Positions 8,943 to 18,496 are shown, counted from the stretch's first letter. The stretch: DNA of 64,000 bases from an uncultured Marinoscillum sp. (GCA_902626505.1 CACOFQ010000006.1:1382-65381), one strand, 5' to 3'. Numbers and translations are program-made. The notes: generated by a model from the sequence alone, not told the origin.

Positions 8943-10046
8943 ATGAAAAAATTTCTTTTAAGTATTATAATGGTGTTCGGTATTATTTCATCGTGTAATG
9001 ACACTGACGAAGTCATAGTTGGGCCAACATTTGATAGATCAATACTTTTAAATAATTGGTTTAATAACCATATCAATCCAAGTTTAAATAATTTTTCAAA
9101 TGAACTTTCACAATTAAAGTCAGACTTCACCAGCGCTAAAAATAATGGAATAGATATAGTTAGTCTTGAAAAATTAAGAAATTCATATAAAAGCACATAC
9201 AAGGCTTGGCAGTATGTGGAAATGTTTAACATAGGTAAAGCCGAAGAAATTTATTACACTGCTACTGTAAACATATATCCAGTTAATACAACAAGGGTAG
9301 AATCAAATATTAGCTCAGGTGACTATAATTTAAATAATCCAAATAATTATCCAGCTCAGGGATTACCGACTATAGACTACATATTATTTGGAATAGGTTC
9401 AACAGACACAGAAATCTTAGAAAAACTCAAAGATGAAGGAAAATACATGAATTATCTATCTTCAATTATTGAGGAGATGTCATCCAATACATCAAAGGTA
9501 GTAACTGACTGGGAAACGTATAAGGCTGAGTTCTTGAGCTCAACTGACAATACTGCTACATCTGCTGTTAACATGATGGTAAATGACTTTATATTTTATT
9601 ATGAAAAGGGGTTTAGAGCAAACAAATTCGGAATACCCGCTGGAGTATTTTCTTCTGCACCAATACCTGAAAATGTAGAGGCTTATTATTCTGGATATTC
9701 AAAAGATTTATCAATTGAAGCAATGGGCGCAATAAAAGATTTGTTTATTGGGAGACATCCTTTCAATGGAACAGTATATTCTGGATCTAGTTTAAAATCA
9801 ATTTTATTAGATTTAGATTCCAATGAAGGTCAGAACAATCTAGCTAATAAAATTGAAAGTAAAATAGATGTTGCTATCAATAAAATTAATAGCCTAGAGG
9901 AGAATTATTATAATCAAATTCAAAATGATAATAATAAGTTTTTACAAACTTATGATGCCATTCAAGAAGTTGTTGTTCTATTAAAAGTTGATATGTTACA
10001 GCTACTAAGCATTAATGTTGACTATGTTGACGCCGACGGTGATTAG
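8943..10046 (+). CDS. Imelysin-family (Peptidase M75-like) lipoprotein
   Basis: Lipobox IISSC; AWQYVEMFNIG, NIYP, QGLPTIDYILFG, C-terminal DADGD typical of imelysin-like iron-regulated proteins. Confidence 0.85.
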   Translation: MKKFLLSIIMVFGIISSCNDTDEVIVGPTFDRSILLNNWFNNHINPSLNNFSNELSQLKSDFTSAKNNGIDIVSLEKLRNSYKSTYKAWQYVEMFNIGKAEEIYYTATVNIYPVNTTRVESNISSGDYNLNNPNNYPAQGLPTIDYILFGIGSTDTEILEKLKDEGKYMNYLSSIIEEMSSNTSKVVTDWETYKAEFLSSTDNTATSAVNMMVNDFIFYYEKGFRANKFGIPAGVFSSAPIPENVEAYYSGYSKDLSIEAMGAIKDLFIGRHPFNGTVYSGSSLKSILLDLDSNEGQNNLANKIESKIDVAINKINSLEENYYNQIQNDNNKFLQTYDAIQEVVVLLKVDMLQLLSINVDYVDADGD

Positions 10047-10057
10047 TTTAAAATGCT

Positions 10058-11419
10058 GTGATTAATAAATATTTAGAAGAATATACTCCATCATATACAT
10101 TAGCTTTTTATAGGATAGGTTTTGGCGCACTTATGTGCTATAGTATCATTAGGTTTTGGTATAAAGGTTGGATTGAAGAGCTATACATTAAACCTGAATT
10201 TCATTTTTCTTACTATGGTTTTGAATGGGCAAAACCCATTGGAGAATACACCTATCTCATATTTTTACTTTGCTTTATCGCCTCTTTTTTCGTAATGATA
10301 GGATTCAAATACAGGGCTTCTATTTTTTTGTTTTTCTTGAGCTTTACATACATTGAATTAATGGATAAAACCACCTATCTAAACCACTATTATTTTATTA
10401 GTATTTTAAGTTTCTTACTAATATTTCTCCCCGCAAACGCAACATTCTCAATAGACAACATTCTCAATAATAAGAAATTTAGGAATATTCCAAAATGGAA
10501 TGTAGATGCCCTAAAACTTATTATAACGATTGTATATTTATATGCTGGAATAGCTAAAATGAATTCAGATTGGTTGTTTGAGGCTATGCCACTAAAAATA
10601 TGGTTACAATCAAAATATGACCTTCCTCTAATTGGCGGAAACCTACTACAAATGAGTTGGGTACACTTTGCAATGAGCTGGGGAGGAATGTTATATGATA
10701 TTAGTATACCATTTTTGCTTATTATAAACAGAACCCGAATAATAGCATTTCTATTAGTTATTTTTTTCCATGTATTTACTCTTATTTTATTTCCAATTGG
10801 TATGTTTCCTCATATTATGATTTTCAGCTCAATGGTATTTTTTAGTAGTGATTTTCATAAAAAAATAATTAATAAGCTAAAGGATCTTTTAATGAAAATA
10901 GGCATTAAAAAAAAGTCAAATAAAACTAAGATTGTAGAGTTATATAAAACCCCAAGGTCAAAACTATCATTAACTTTAGTTACATCTTTTTTTATCATAC
11001 AAGCCCTTCTTCCGTTTCGCTATCAAATGTATCCTGGTGAACTTTTTTGGCATGAACAAGGGTACAGGTTCTCTTGGAGAGTGATGTTAATAGAAAAGAT
11101 TGGATATACAAATTTCAAAATTAAAAATCCAAAAACAGGTACAAGCTTTATGGTAGATAGCTCTGAATTTCTTACCCCATTTCAACTAAAACAAATGAGT
11201 TTTCAACCCGATTTCATACTAGAGTTTGCTCATTATCTTGGAAAAAAATATTCTACAAAAAACAATTCAGTTGAAGTTTACGCAGACAGTTTTGTTGCCC
11301 TTAATGGAAGGCCAAGCAAAAGATTTATTGATCCTGACACTAATTTGTATAAAGAAAAAGAGTCCTTTAGAAATAAAACTTGGATATTACCACTAGAAGA
11401 TGAGATTAAAGGAATATAA
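10058..11419 (+). CDS. HTTM-domain / vitamin K-dependent gamma-glutamyl carboxylase homologue, membrane protein
   Basis: LAFYRIGFG, DKTTYLNHYY, YAGIAKMNSDW, FHVFTLILFPIGMFP, GYRFSWRVML, LNGRPSKRFIDP; multiple TM helices; GTG start. Confidence 0.88.
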   Translation: MINKYLEEYTPSYTLAFYRIGFGALMCYSIIRFWYKGWIEELYIKPEFHFSYYGFEWAKPIGEYTYLIFLLCFIASFFVMIGFKYRASIFLFFLSFTYIELMDKTTYLNHYYFISILSFLLIFLPANATFSIDNILNNKKFRNIPKWNVDALKLIITIVYLYAGIAKMNSDWLFEAMPLKIWLQSKYDLPLIGGNLLQMSWVHFAMSWGGMLYDISIPFLLIINRTRIIAFLLVIFFHVFTLILFPIGMFPHIMIFSSMVFFSSDFHKKIINKLKDLLMKIGIKKKSNKTKIVELYKTPRSKLSLTLVTSFFIIQALLPFRYQMYPGELFWHEQGYRFSWRVMLIEKIGYTNFKIKNPKTGTSFMVDSSEFLTPFQLKQMSFQPDFILEFAHYLGKKYSTKNNSVEVYADSFVALNGRPSKRFIDPDTNLYKEKESFRNKTWILPLEDEIKGI

Positions 11420-13826
11420 ATTTATTTTACTAATTATAATAGTGTCTTTTAATGTAGTTAAAGGGCAAAATAAAGTATATGGATTAATAGAAATTGAAGA
11501 AGATGGATTTTCAAATGATGAGGTTTTTATCTATGATGGAAATAATAAGTTTTTAACGACTACAAACAAAGAGGGATACTATGAGTTTTTTACCGATAAA
11601 ACTCAAATGAATATAATCTTCTTATTGGTAGGGTCACAATATGTGCAGAAAGAAGTTAATATATCTAAGGACACAGAAATAAATATAGTATTTGAGAAAA
11701 AAACACAAATTCTTTCTGAGGTTTTAATTAAAGGATATAAAATTAGAGAATTCCAGCTAAAAAGATTGAAAGATGTCGAGGGAACCTCGATTTTTGCAGG
11801 TAAAAAATCTGAAGTCATTTTAGTAGATCAGTCAATGGCAAACTTAGCCTCAAATAATGCTAGGCAAATATATAACCAGATTTCAGGACTAAATATTTAC
11901 CAAAATGATGATGCGGGAATTCAGCTACACATTGGGGGAAGAGGACTAGACCCGAATAGAACGTCAAACTTCAACACAAGACAAAATGAATATGATATAA
12001 GCGCTGATGTTCTAGGATATCCCGAAAGTTATTATACTCCTCCATCAGAAGCAATTAAAGAGATTCAAATAGTTAGAGGAGCAGCTTCGCTACAGTATGG
12101 AACACAATTTGGAGGGTTAATTAATTTTATTATGAAAGAGCCCACAAATAAAAAAATAGAATTTATAACGAGAAACACTATTGGTAGTAATAAACTCTTT
12201 ACAAATTTTTCAAGCTTAGGTGGAACCAACAAAAACTTCAGCTATTATACATATTACAATTATAAAATTGGTGATGGATTTAGAAATAATTCAGATTTTA
12301 TATCAAACAATTTATATACACATTTAGGATATAAAATTGGTGATAAAACAAAAATTTCAGGTGAAATATCATATCTAAATTATTTAGCTCATCAGGCTGG
12401 CGGACTATCAGATAGAATGTTTTCAATAGATCCTCTGCAAAGTAATAGATCTAGGAATTGGTTTGGACTAGATTGGTTACTATTTAACTTAAAGATTAAA
12501 CACAAGTTTGATAGTAATTCAAATTTATCATTAAACTTTTTTGGACTTGACGCAGAGAGAAATAGTATAGGGTTTAGAAGTAATAGAGTTGACCAAGTAG
12601 ATCCATTTACTGAACGAGATCTGATTAAAGGAAAGTTCAATAATCATGGCCTTGAAATAAAGTTTTTAAATAATTATAATTTTTTAAATAGAAAAAATGT
12701 GTTTGTAATTGGTGGAAAATATTATAAGTCGAAATCAACTAGCAAACAAGGTCCAGGATCAAATTTAGAAAATGCTGATTTTAACTTTTACATAGAAGAA
12801 TACCCTAATTATACTAATCAGTCTGACTATATATATCCAAATAAAAATCTAGCCTTATTTGGTGAAAACATACTTTATTTAACAGATAAAATATCTCTAA
12901 CTCCTGGTTTTAGATATGAAAATATTTTAACTAAAAGTAGAGGTTCGTTTAAACAAATTAATCTTGACGCAGCTGGAAATGTAATATATAATAACACTAC
13001 GTATGAGAATCAGAATAATAGAAGGGCATTTTTCTTATTTGGTTTAGGTTTTAGCTTTAAAACACCAAAAGATATTGAACTATACTCTAATATTTCTCAA
13101 AATTACAGATCTGTAACATTTGCAGATATAAGTATAATTAACCCATCATATGCTATTAACCCAAATATCTCAGACGAGAAAGGTATAACTATTGATCTTG
13201 GTTTAAGGGGTGAGATAAAAGATGTGATATCACTTGATCTAACATTATTCAATTTATTATATAAGAATAGGATTGGGTTTAGACAAAAGGAATTTAAAGA
13301 CGGAAGTGTTAAAAGCGAGAGAGGAAATATTGGTGATGCGTCAATCTATGGATTAGAGTCTAACATAGATTTTGATATCAATAATTTGATAATCAATAAT
13401 GATAATATGAGCTTAAACTATTTTATAAATACAGCATTAATTGATTCTAAATATTTAAGTTCATATATCAACGGTGTTGAAGGGAAAAAGGTAGAATTTG
13501 TTCCAAATATTAATTTAAAAACTGGCGTAAAGTTTGGGTTTAGTAATTTCATCTTTAATATTCAATATAGTTTTATATCAAAACAGTTTACAGATTCATC
13601 TAATGCCTTGGAAGGTAATTTAAGCGGAATCATTGGGCAAATACCAGAATACCAGTTATTGGATATTAGTTTATCTTACTTAATCAGAAATTTTAGATTT
13701 GAAACAGGAGTAAATAATGCAATAAACTCCTTATACTTTACACGAAGGGCAACTGGATATCCAGGTCCAGGCATAATTCCTTCACCTCCAAGAAATTTTT
13801 ATTTGACATTTCAAATAAAAATATAA
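11400..13826 (+). CDS. TonB-dependent outer-membrane receptor (FecA-like)
   Basis: Signal peptide, N-terminal carboxypeptidase-regulatory-like segment, plug motifs GGRGLDPNR and IQIVRGAASLQYG, C-terminal PRNFYLTFQIKI strand. Confidence 0.92.
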   Translation: MRLKEYKFILLIIIVSFNVVKGQNKVYGLIEIEEDGFSNDEVFIYDGNNKFLTTTNKEGYYEFFTDKTQMNIIFLLVGSQYVQKEVNISKDTEINIVFEKKTQILSEVLIKGYKIREFQLKRLKDVEGTSIFAGKKSEVILVDQSMANLASNNARQIYNQISGLNIYQNDDAGIQLHIGGRGLDPNRTSNFNTRQNEYDISADVLGYPESYYTPPSEAIKEIQIVRGAASLQYGTQFGGLINFIMKEPTNKKIEFITRNTIGSNKLFTNFSSLGGTNKNFSYYTYYNYKIGDGFRNNSDFISNNLYTHLGYKIGDKTKISGEISYLNYLAHQAGGLSDRMFSIDPLQSNRSRNWFGLDWLLFNLKIKHKFDSNSNLSLNFFGLDAERNSIGFRSNRVDQVDPFTERDLIKGKFNNHGLEIKFLNNYNFLNRKNVFVIGGKYYKSKSTSKQGPGSNLENADFNFYIEEYPNYTNQSDYIYPNKNLALFGENILYLTDKISLTPGFRYENILTKSRGSFKQINLDAAGNVIYNNTTYENQNNRRAFFLFGLGFSFKTPKDIELYSNISQNYRSVTFADISIINPSYAINPNISDEKGITIDLGLRGEIKDVISLDLTLFNLLYKNRIGFRQKEFKDGSVKSERGNIGDASIYGLESNIDFDINNLIINNDNMSLNYFINTALIDSKYLSSYINGVEGKKVEFVPNINLKTGVKFGFSNFIFNIQYSFISKQFTDSSNALEGNLSGIIGQIPEYQLLDISLSYLIRNFRFETGVNNAINSLYFTRRATGYPGPGIIPSPPRNFYLTFQIKI

Positions 13827-13867
13827 TTATTTAATATAAAAGATATATTTAAATTATATTAGCTGTT

Positions 13868-13886
13868 ATTTAAATTCATTCTAAAT
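13868..13886. promoter_or_regulatory. Putative Fur box 3 (ATTTAAATTCATTCTAAAT, extended by TGTT...AACA)
   Basis: Palindrome ending 7 nt before the start codon of the DUF6607-like gene. Confidence 0.7.
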
Positions 13887-13893
13887 AACAATA

Positions 13894-14814
13894 ATGATAA
13901 GATATGTCTTGATTTTATTTTTAATAATACCACTTTCCCTTTCGGCAAATAAAAAAAAGAAAAAAGATATAGAGGCAATTAAAGGTATGTGTGGGTGCAT
14001 GGATATCAAATTTGAATTTGCAGAAACAGTTTCTCCTAAAAAGGAATATAATTTTTATAAAAATTATTTATCAGGAGGAAGAGAGCTTGCCTTTATAGCA
14101 GAGGAAACCCCTAATAAATTGGTAATTCAGCATATTCTTGTGATAATGGATACTATGGTTATAAAGCACTGGAGACAAGACTGGATTTATGAGGGTGAGA
14201 CGATGTTTATTTACGATAAAGACCAGAAATGGGTTAAAAAAAGCCTAGCTAAAAAAGAAAGAAAAGGAAAATGGATTCAAAAAGTATATCAGGTAGATGA
14301 TAGCCCACGATATGAAGGTATTGGGACGTGGATTATGGTAGATGGGAAAACGTATTGGGAGAGTACATCAGACGCTCCTTTGCCTAGAAGAGAGTATAGT
14401 AAAAGAAGTGATTACAACGTATTAAAAAGAGGTAATAGACATGAAATAAAAGATTTTGGATGGGTTCATGAACAAGATAATGTTAAGATCATGAGAGGAG
14501 ATGAAGATGAAATTATTGCTGAAGAAAAAGGTTGGAATACCTATAAGAGGATAAATGAATCAAACTGCCAAGCAGCAATCGATTGGTGGAAAGAAAATAA
14601 AAATTATTGGAGACATGTAAGGACAGTATGGGATGAAAATTTTAAGGAAAAGAATGTAGTTTCACTTTATTCACAAATAAATAAGAGGCCTATGTTTAGC
14701 GAGTTTTTTGAACTAGGAAGCAAAGTTGAAGGTAAGGCTTCAGAAATTATTTCTGATGAAACAGAACTTATCAAAAATATTAAAACAATTATTGAAAAAT
14801 ATTCAAAAGAATAA
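13894..14814 (+). CDS. DUF6607-like secreted protein
   Basis: Signal peptide; AIKGMCGC, IKHWRQDW, YQVDDSPRY, PLPRREYSKRSDY, WVHEQDN motifs; iron-locus context. Confidence 0.7.
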   Translation: MIRYVLILFLIIPLSLSANKKKKKDIEAIKGMCGCMDIKFEFAETVSPKKEYNFYKNYLSGGRELAFIAEETPNKLVIQHILVIMDTMVIKHWRQDWIYEGETMFIYDKDQKWVKKSLAKKERKGKWIQKVYQVDDSPRYEGIGTWIMVDGKTYWESTSDAPLPRREYSKRSDYNVLKRGNRHEIKDFGWVHEQDNVKIMRGDEDEIIAEEKGWNTYKRINESNCQAAIDWWKENKNYWRHVRTVWDENFKEKNVVSLYSQINKRPMFSEFFELGSKVEGKASEIISDETELIKNIKTIIEKYSKE

Positions 14815-15780
14815 TTATTTAAAAAAATTCTTACATACTGGATCAAAATAAATCAGATCTTTTTTAGCAAAATCAACATATACATGTTTTTTTTCTGAAA
14901 TTGGCTTTTTAGAGAAGAAATGCCAAATCTCATTATCGAACCTTCCCTTAATTCTATATTCCTTACCTTGAAAGAAGCATTTTTCAACAGAAACTTTGTA
15001 ATTAGATTTTTTATTTACGTGTTTTATGTTTTCAGGCCTAACATAATACGTTTCATTACCAATAAAGAGTTTATTCATATCACCAAGAATTTCTGCACAA
15101 TAACAATTTGCAGGCTCACAATACATTTTAACTGGATTATCGTACTGCTGAAGTATTCCTGCTTTAAAAATTAATATTTTATCAGATATATTCATTGCAT
15201 CATTAATATCATGTGTTACTAAAATTGTTGTGGTATTAGTTTCTTTTACAATTTTAAAAATTTCCTCTTTCATTGATTCTTTTATAGTTGAGTCTAAATT
15301 ACTAAAGGGCTCATCAAGAAGAAGAAGTTCAGGCTCTCTGATTAATGCCCTAGCAATACATGCTCTTTGTTGTTCGCCTCCTGATAACTCATGAGGAAAT
15401 CTTTTTAAGAAATATTTTAACCCTGTTAATTTAAGAATGTATTCTAATTTAGAATAATATTTTTTTTCGAGATTAAACGTAATGTTTTCTTCTAAATTTA
15501 AATGTGGAAAAAGAGGGTAATCCTGAAAAACAAAACCGATTTTTCTTTCTTGAGGTTTAACAAAAATATTATTTTTATTAAGGTATTTAGAATTAAGTGT
15601 TATAGTCCCTGAATTAATTTTTTCTAGTCCAGATATACACTTTAAAAATGTAGTTTTTCCTGAGCCACTTTCTCCTAAGAACGAAATAAGTTCTCCTTTT
15701 TTCACTGAGAATGACAGATCTTTAATTATAGGATATTTACTGTCAAAAAACTTAACAAGATTTTTTACTTCAAGATACAT
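14815..15780 (-). CDS. fbpC: Fe3+ ABC transporter ATP-binding subunit (FbpC/FutC-like)
   Basis: GESGSGKT, FQDYPLFPH, LSGGEQQR, LLLDEPF; operon with permease and FutA. Confidence 0.85.
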   Translation of the reverse strand: MYLEVKNLVKFFDSKYPIIKDLSFSVKKGELISFLGESGSGKTTFLKCISGLEKINSGTITLNSKYLNKNNIFVKPQERKIGFVFQDYPLFPHLNLEENITFNLEKKYYSKLEYILKLTGLKYFLKRFPHELSGGEQQRACIARALIREPELLLLDEPFSNLDSTIKESMKEEIFKIVKETNTTTILVTHDINDAMNISDKILIFKAGILQQYDNPVKMYCEPANCYCAEILGDMNKLFIGNETYYVRPENIKHVNKKSNYKVSVEKCFFQGKEYRIKGRFDNEIWHFFSKKPISEKKHVYVDFAKKDLIYFDPVCKNFFK

Positions 15781-17365
15781 TTATTTGCTTATCAATAAAA
15801 CTCCTCAAAATTAATAACATCAAACTTCCTAATGTAATAATTACAAGAGAATATATTGCAGAGAGGGGTATCATTTCCTCAATTGCAAACTGATACGTTT
15901 GAGTTGCTAAAGTATCAAAATTAAAAGGACTAAGTATTAATGTAATAGGTAGCTCTTTCATAACATCAATAAAAGTCACAACAAAAGCACTAATTAAAGC
16001 AAACTTATTAATTGGCAAGTGTAATCTTCTTAATAGATTTAATGGATTTAAACCTAAATTTCTGCCTGTATCATCTATTGTTATGGGATGTTTATCTATA
16101 CTAGATTTGATAGGAGATTTAGCTACAGCAAGAAATCGAATTAAATATGCAAAAATAAGAACATAAAAAGTTCCTAAAAGAGAAGAATTACTAAATAGTA
16201 GAATAACCCCTAGACCTATTATAGCTCCAGGTAATGCATACCCTAATGATATCAAACTACTCACATAAGAATTTATTTTCGAATTTGATATTCTTTCAAC
16301 AAAAAGAAAAAATAGAGCAATAAAAATTATAATTATAGATGATAATGAGGAAACATAAATAGTATTGTTAGTTAATCGAAAAAGTTTATCAAAGTTTGTA
16401 ATAGCAAACGATTCAATAGTGTTATTTAAAATAAAAGAAAAGGGAATTAAAAAACCAAATAAAAAAGGAATTGAACAAATTAAAATAACCATTAAAGCTC
16501 TTGAACCTCCTAGACCTTTTACTTTATTCAACTGAGTATTTTTTTGATAATAAAACTTTGATTTACTCATTGAAAATCTATCAATTGCAAAAAAACACAA
16601 TACTACTAGCAACAAAATACATGCAAGTTGAATTGCACCATTAACATCTCCAAATGAATTCCAAGACCTAAAAATTCCAATTGTAAAGGTATTTACCCCA
16701 AAGTATTTAACCGCTCCATATTCATTTAATACCTCCATTATTACTAAAAACAAACCTGAAAAAATCGCAGGTCTGGATAATGGAAGTATGACTTTAAAAA
16801 AAGTTTGAATTTTCGATAACCCTAAGTTGCGTGATATATTAATATAATTAGAACCTATAAGACTAAAGGAAATTCTGGATGCGGTATATATATAAGGGTA
16901 TAAAGCTAACCCCAACAAAATTCCTAGTATCTCTACTTGTAAATAATCTCTGTTTATAATTTCAGCAAAAAAAGGACTTCTTTCTCTAAAAAAACTTTGT
17001 ATTGGTCCAGTATAACTTAATATATCTATATATGTAAAACCCATAATATACGAAGGTATAGCCAATGGAAGGTAAAGAACTATATCAAAGAAATTTCTCC
17101 CAAGAAAAGTATAATTGCTAATTATCCAAGCAGGAATTATTCCTAAAAATAATGCAGTTATAGAGGTTATAAGAATTAAATATAAAGTATTTAAGGTATA
17201 ATCAAACAACAAATTATCAAGTAGATATAGTAAAGTATCTGTGGTACCAGAAAAAAAATTTATAATTAAAATAATTACAGGAGCAAGTAAAATTATTGCA
17301 AAAATTACACTGCCAAAAACCCATCTTTTATTTTCAATAGCAAAAAAACGATGTATTATTTCCAA
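15770..17365 (-). CDS. fbpB: Fe3+ ABC transporter permease (FbpB/FutB-like)
   Basis: Duplicated TM domain; PLAIPSY, LPLSRPAI, EYGAVKYFGV, MKELPITLILSPFNFDTLA. Confidence 0.88.
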   Translation of the reverse strand: MEIIHRFFAIENKRWVFGSVIFAIILLAPVIILIINFFSGTTDTLLYLLDNLLFDYTLNTLYLILITSITALFLGIIPAWIISNYTFLGRNFFDIVLYLPLAIPSYIMGFTYIDILSYTGPIQSFFRERSPFFAEIINRDYLQVEILGILLGLALYPYIYTASRISFSLIGSNYINISRNLGLSKIQTFFKVILPLSRPAIFSGLFLVIMEVLNEYGAVKYFGVNTFTIGIFRSWNSFGDVNGAIQLACILLLVVLCFFAIDRFSMSKSKFYYQKNTQLNKVKGLGGSRALMVILICSIPFLFGFLIPFSFILNNTIESFAITNFDKLFRLTNNTIYVSSLSSIIIIFIALFFLFVERISNSKINSYVSSLISLGYALPGAIIGLGVILLFSNSSLLGTFYVLIFAYLIRFLAVAKSPIKSSIDKHPITIDDTGRNLGLNPLNLLRRLHLPINKFALISAFVVTFIDVMKELPITLILSPFNFDTLATQTYQFAIEEMIPLSAIYSLVIITLGSLMLLILRSFIDKQINVS

Positions 17366-18378
17366 CCGGTTCTATCAAATATTTTTAACGCTTCAGGCCT
17401 AAATTCACCTAGTGCATTTAAATTTAATTTGTCAATTTTAAAATCCCCCCAACTTTTTACAATATCTGAAGGCTCAACTAAGGAATTAGCAGGATATTCA
17501 TAACTATTATTGACATAAACTTCCTGAGCTTCCTGACTTGTAAGATACTCAATTAATTTAATTGCATTTTCTTTATTAGGTGAACTCTTAGTTAGTCCAA
17601 TTGCAGATATATTAATGTGACTTCCACGTTCACCAACTCCTTGATTTGGGAAAAAAACGGATACTGAATTACCAGCATTTAACTCTTCTTCTTTCTCAGA
17701 AGATAATAATAGCCCAATATAATAGGAGTTTACAATAGCAATATCTCCTTGTCCTGCAGCAATAGCTTTTACTTGATCTCTATCACTACCTTTAGGGTCT
17801 CGCGCAAAATTACTTACAACTGCAGAAGACCAGTCCTCAGTATTTTCAACTCCGAGGTTGGCCACTAGAGATGACATTAATGCTTGATTATATGCATTAG
17901 ATGATGATCTTACTAATATTCTATTTTTCCATTTTGGATCAGCTAAATCTTCATATGTACTAAGGTCGGATTCTTTTACTCTCTCTTTACTATAAACAAT
18001 AACTCTTGACCTATAAGTTATTGGAGCCCAAAACTCATCAGGGTCTCTTAAATCAGTTAGAATATTTTTATTAATATTTTGAGATTCAATTTTTTGTAAA
18101 ACACCAGCCTCCCTTGCGTTATACAATTTACCAGCATCTACCGTGACAAAGAGGTCTGCTGGAGAATTGTCACCTTCATTTTTTAATCTTTCAATCAATT
18201 GATCCGCATTAGCTTTTACCACATTAACCTTAATTCCTGTTTTCTCGGTAAAATTTTTATATTGTAATTCATCAACAGCATAATGCCTTTGGCTATATAA
18301 GTTAACTTCTCGTATAGATTCTTGATTAGTTGAACAAGCTGATATAATAAAGGTAAATAATAATAAAAATTTTCTCAT
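17356..18378 (-). CDS. futA: Fe3+ ABC transporter substrate-binding lipoprotein (FutA/FbpA-like)
   Basis: Lipobox ISAC; YSQRHY, RSSSNAYNQ, NSYY tyrosine ligands, SPADLFVTVDAG. Confidence 0.88.
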   Translation of the reverse strand: MRKFLLLFTFIISACSTNQESIREVNLYSQRHYAVDELQYKNFTEKTGIKVNVVKANADQLIERLKNEGDNSPADLFVTVDAGKLYNAREAGVLQKIESQNINKNILTDLRDPDEFWAPITYRSRVIVYSKERVKESDLSTYEDLADPKWKNRILVRSSSNAYNQALMSSLVANLGVENTEDWSSAVVSNFARDPKGSDRDQVKAIAAGQGDIAIVNSYYIGLLLSSEKEEELNAGNSVSVFFPNQGVGERGSHINISAIGLTKSSPNKENAIKLIEYLTSQEAQEVYVNNSYEYPANSLVEPSDIVKSWGDFKIDKLNLNALGEFRPEALKIFDRTGWK

Positions 18379-18386
18379 AATATGTT

Positions 18387-18405
18387 ATTTAGATTAATTC
18401 TAAAC
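18387..18405. promoter_or_regulatory. Putative Fur box 4 (ATTTAGATTAATTCTAAAC)
   Basis: Palindrome 8 nt upstream of the futA start, in the futA/fumC divergent region. Confidence 0.78.
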
Positions 18406-18496
18406 TGCAATTAAATAAATAATTATGTAAAAACAAATCAAGTCATTGATGAATCTTGCTAAACAAAAGATATTTATATTTAATTTTATATTAAAT

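Noticed and set aside
8900-9232. 110-aa minus-strand ORF
   Set aside because: Antisense to the imelysin gene with no recognisable motif
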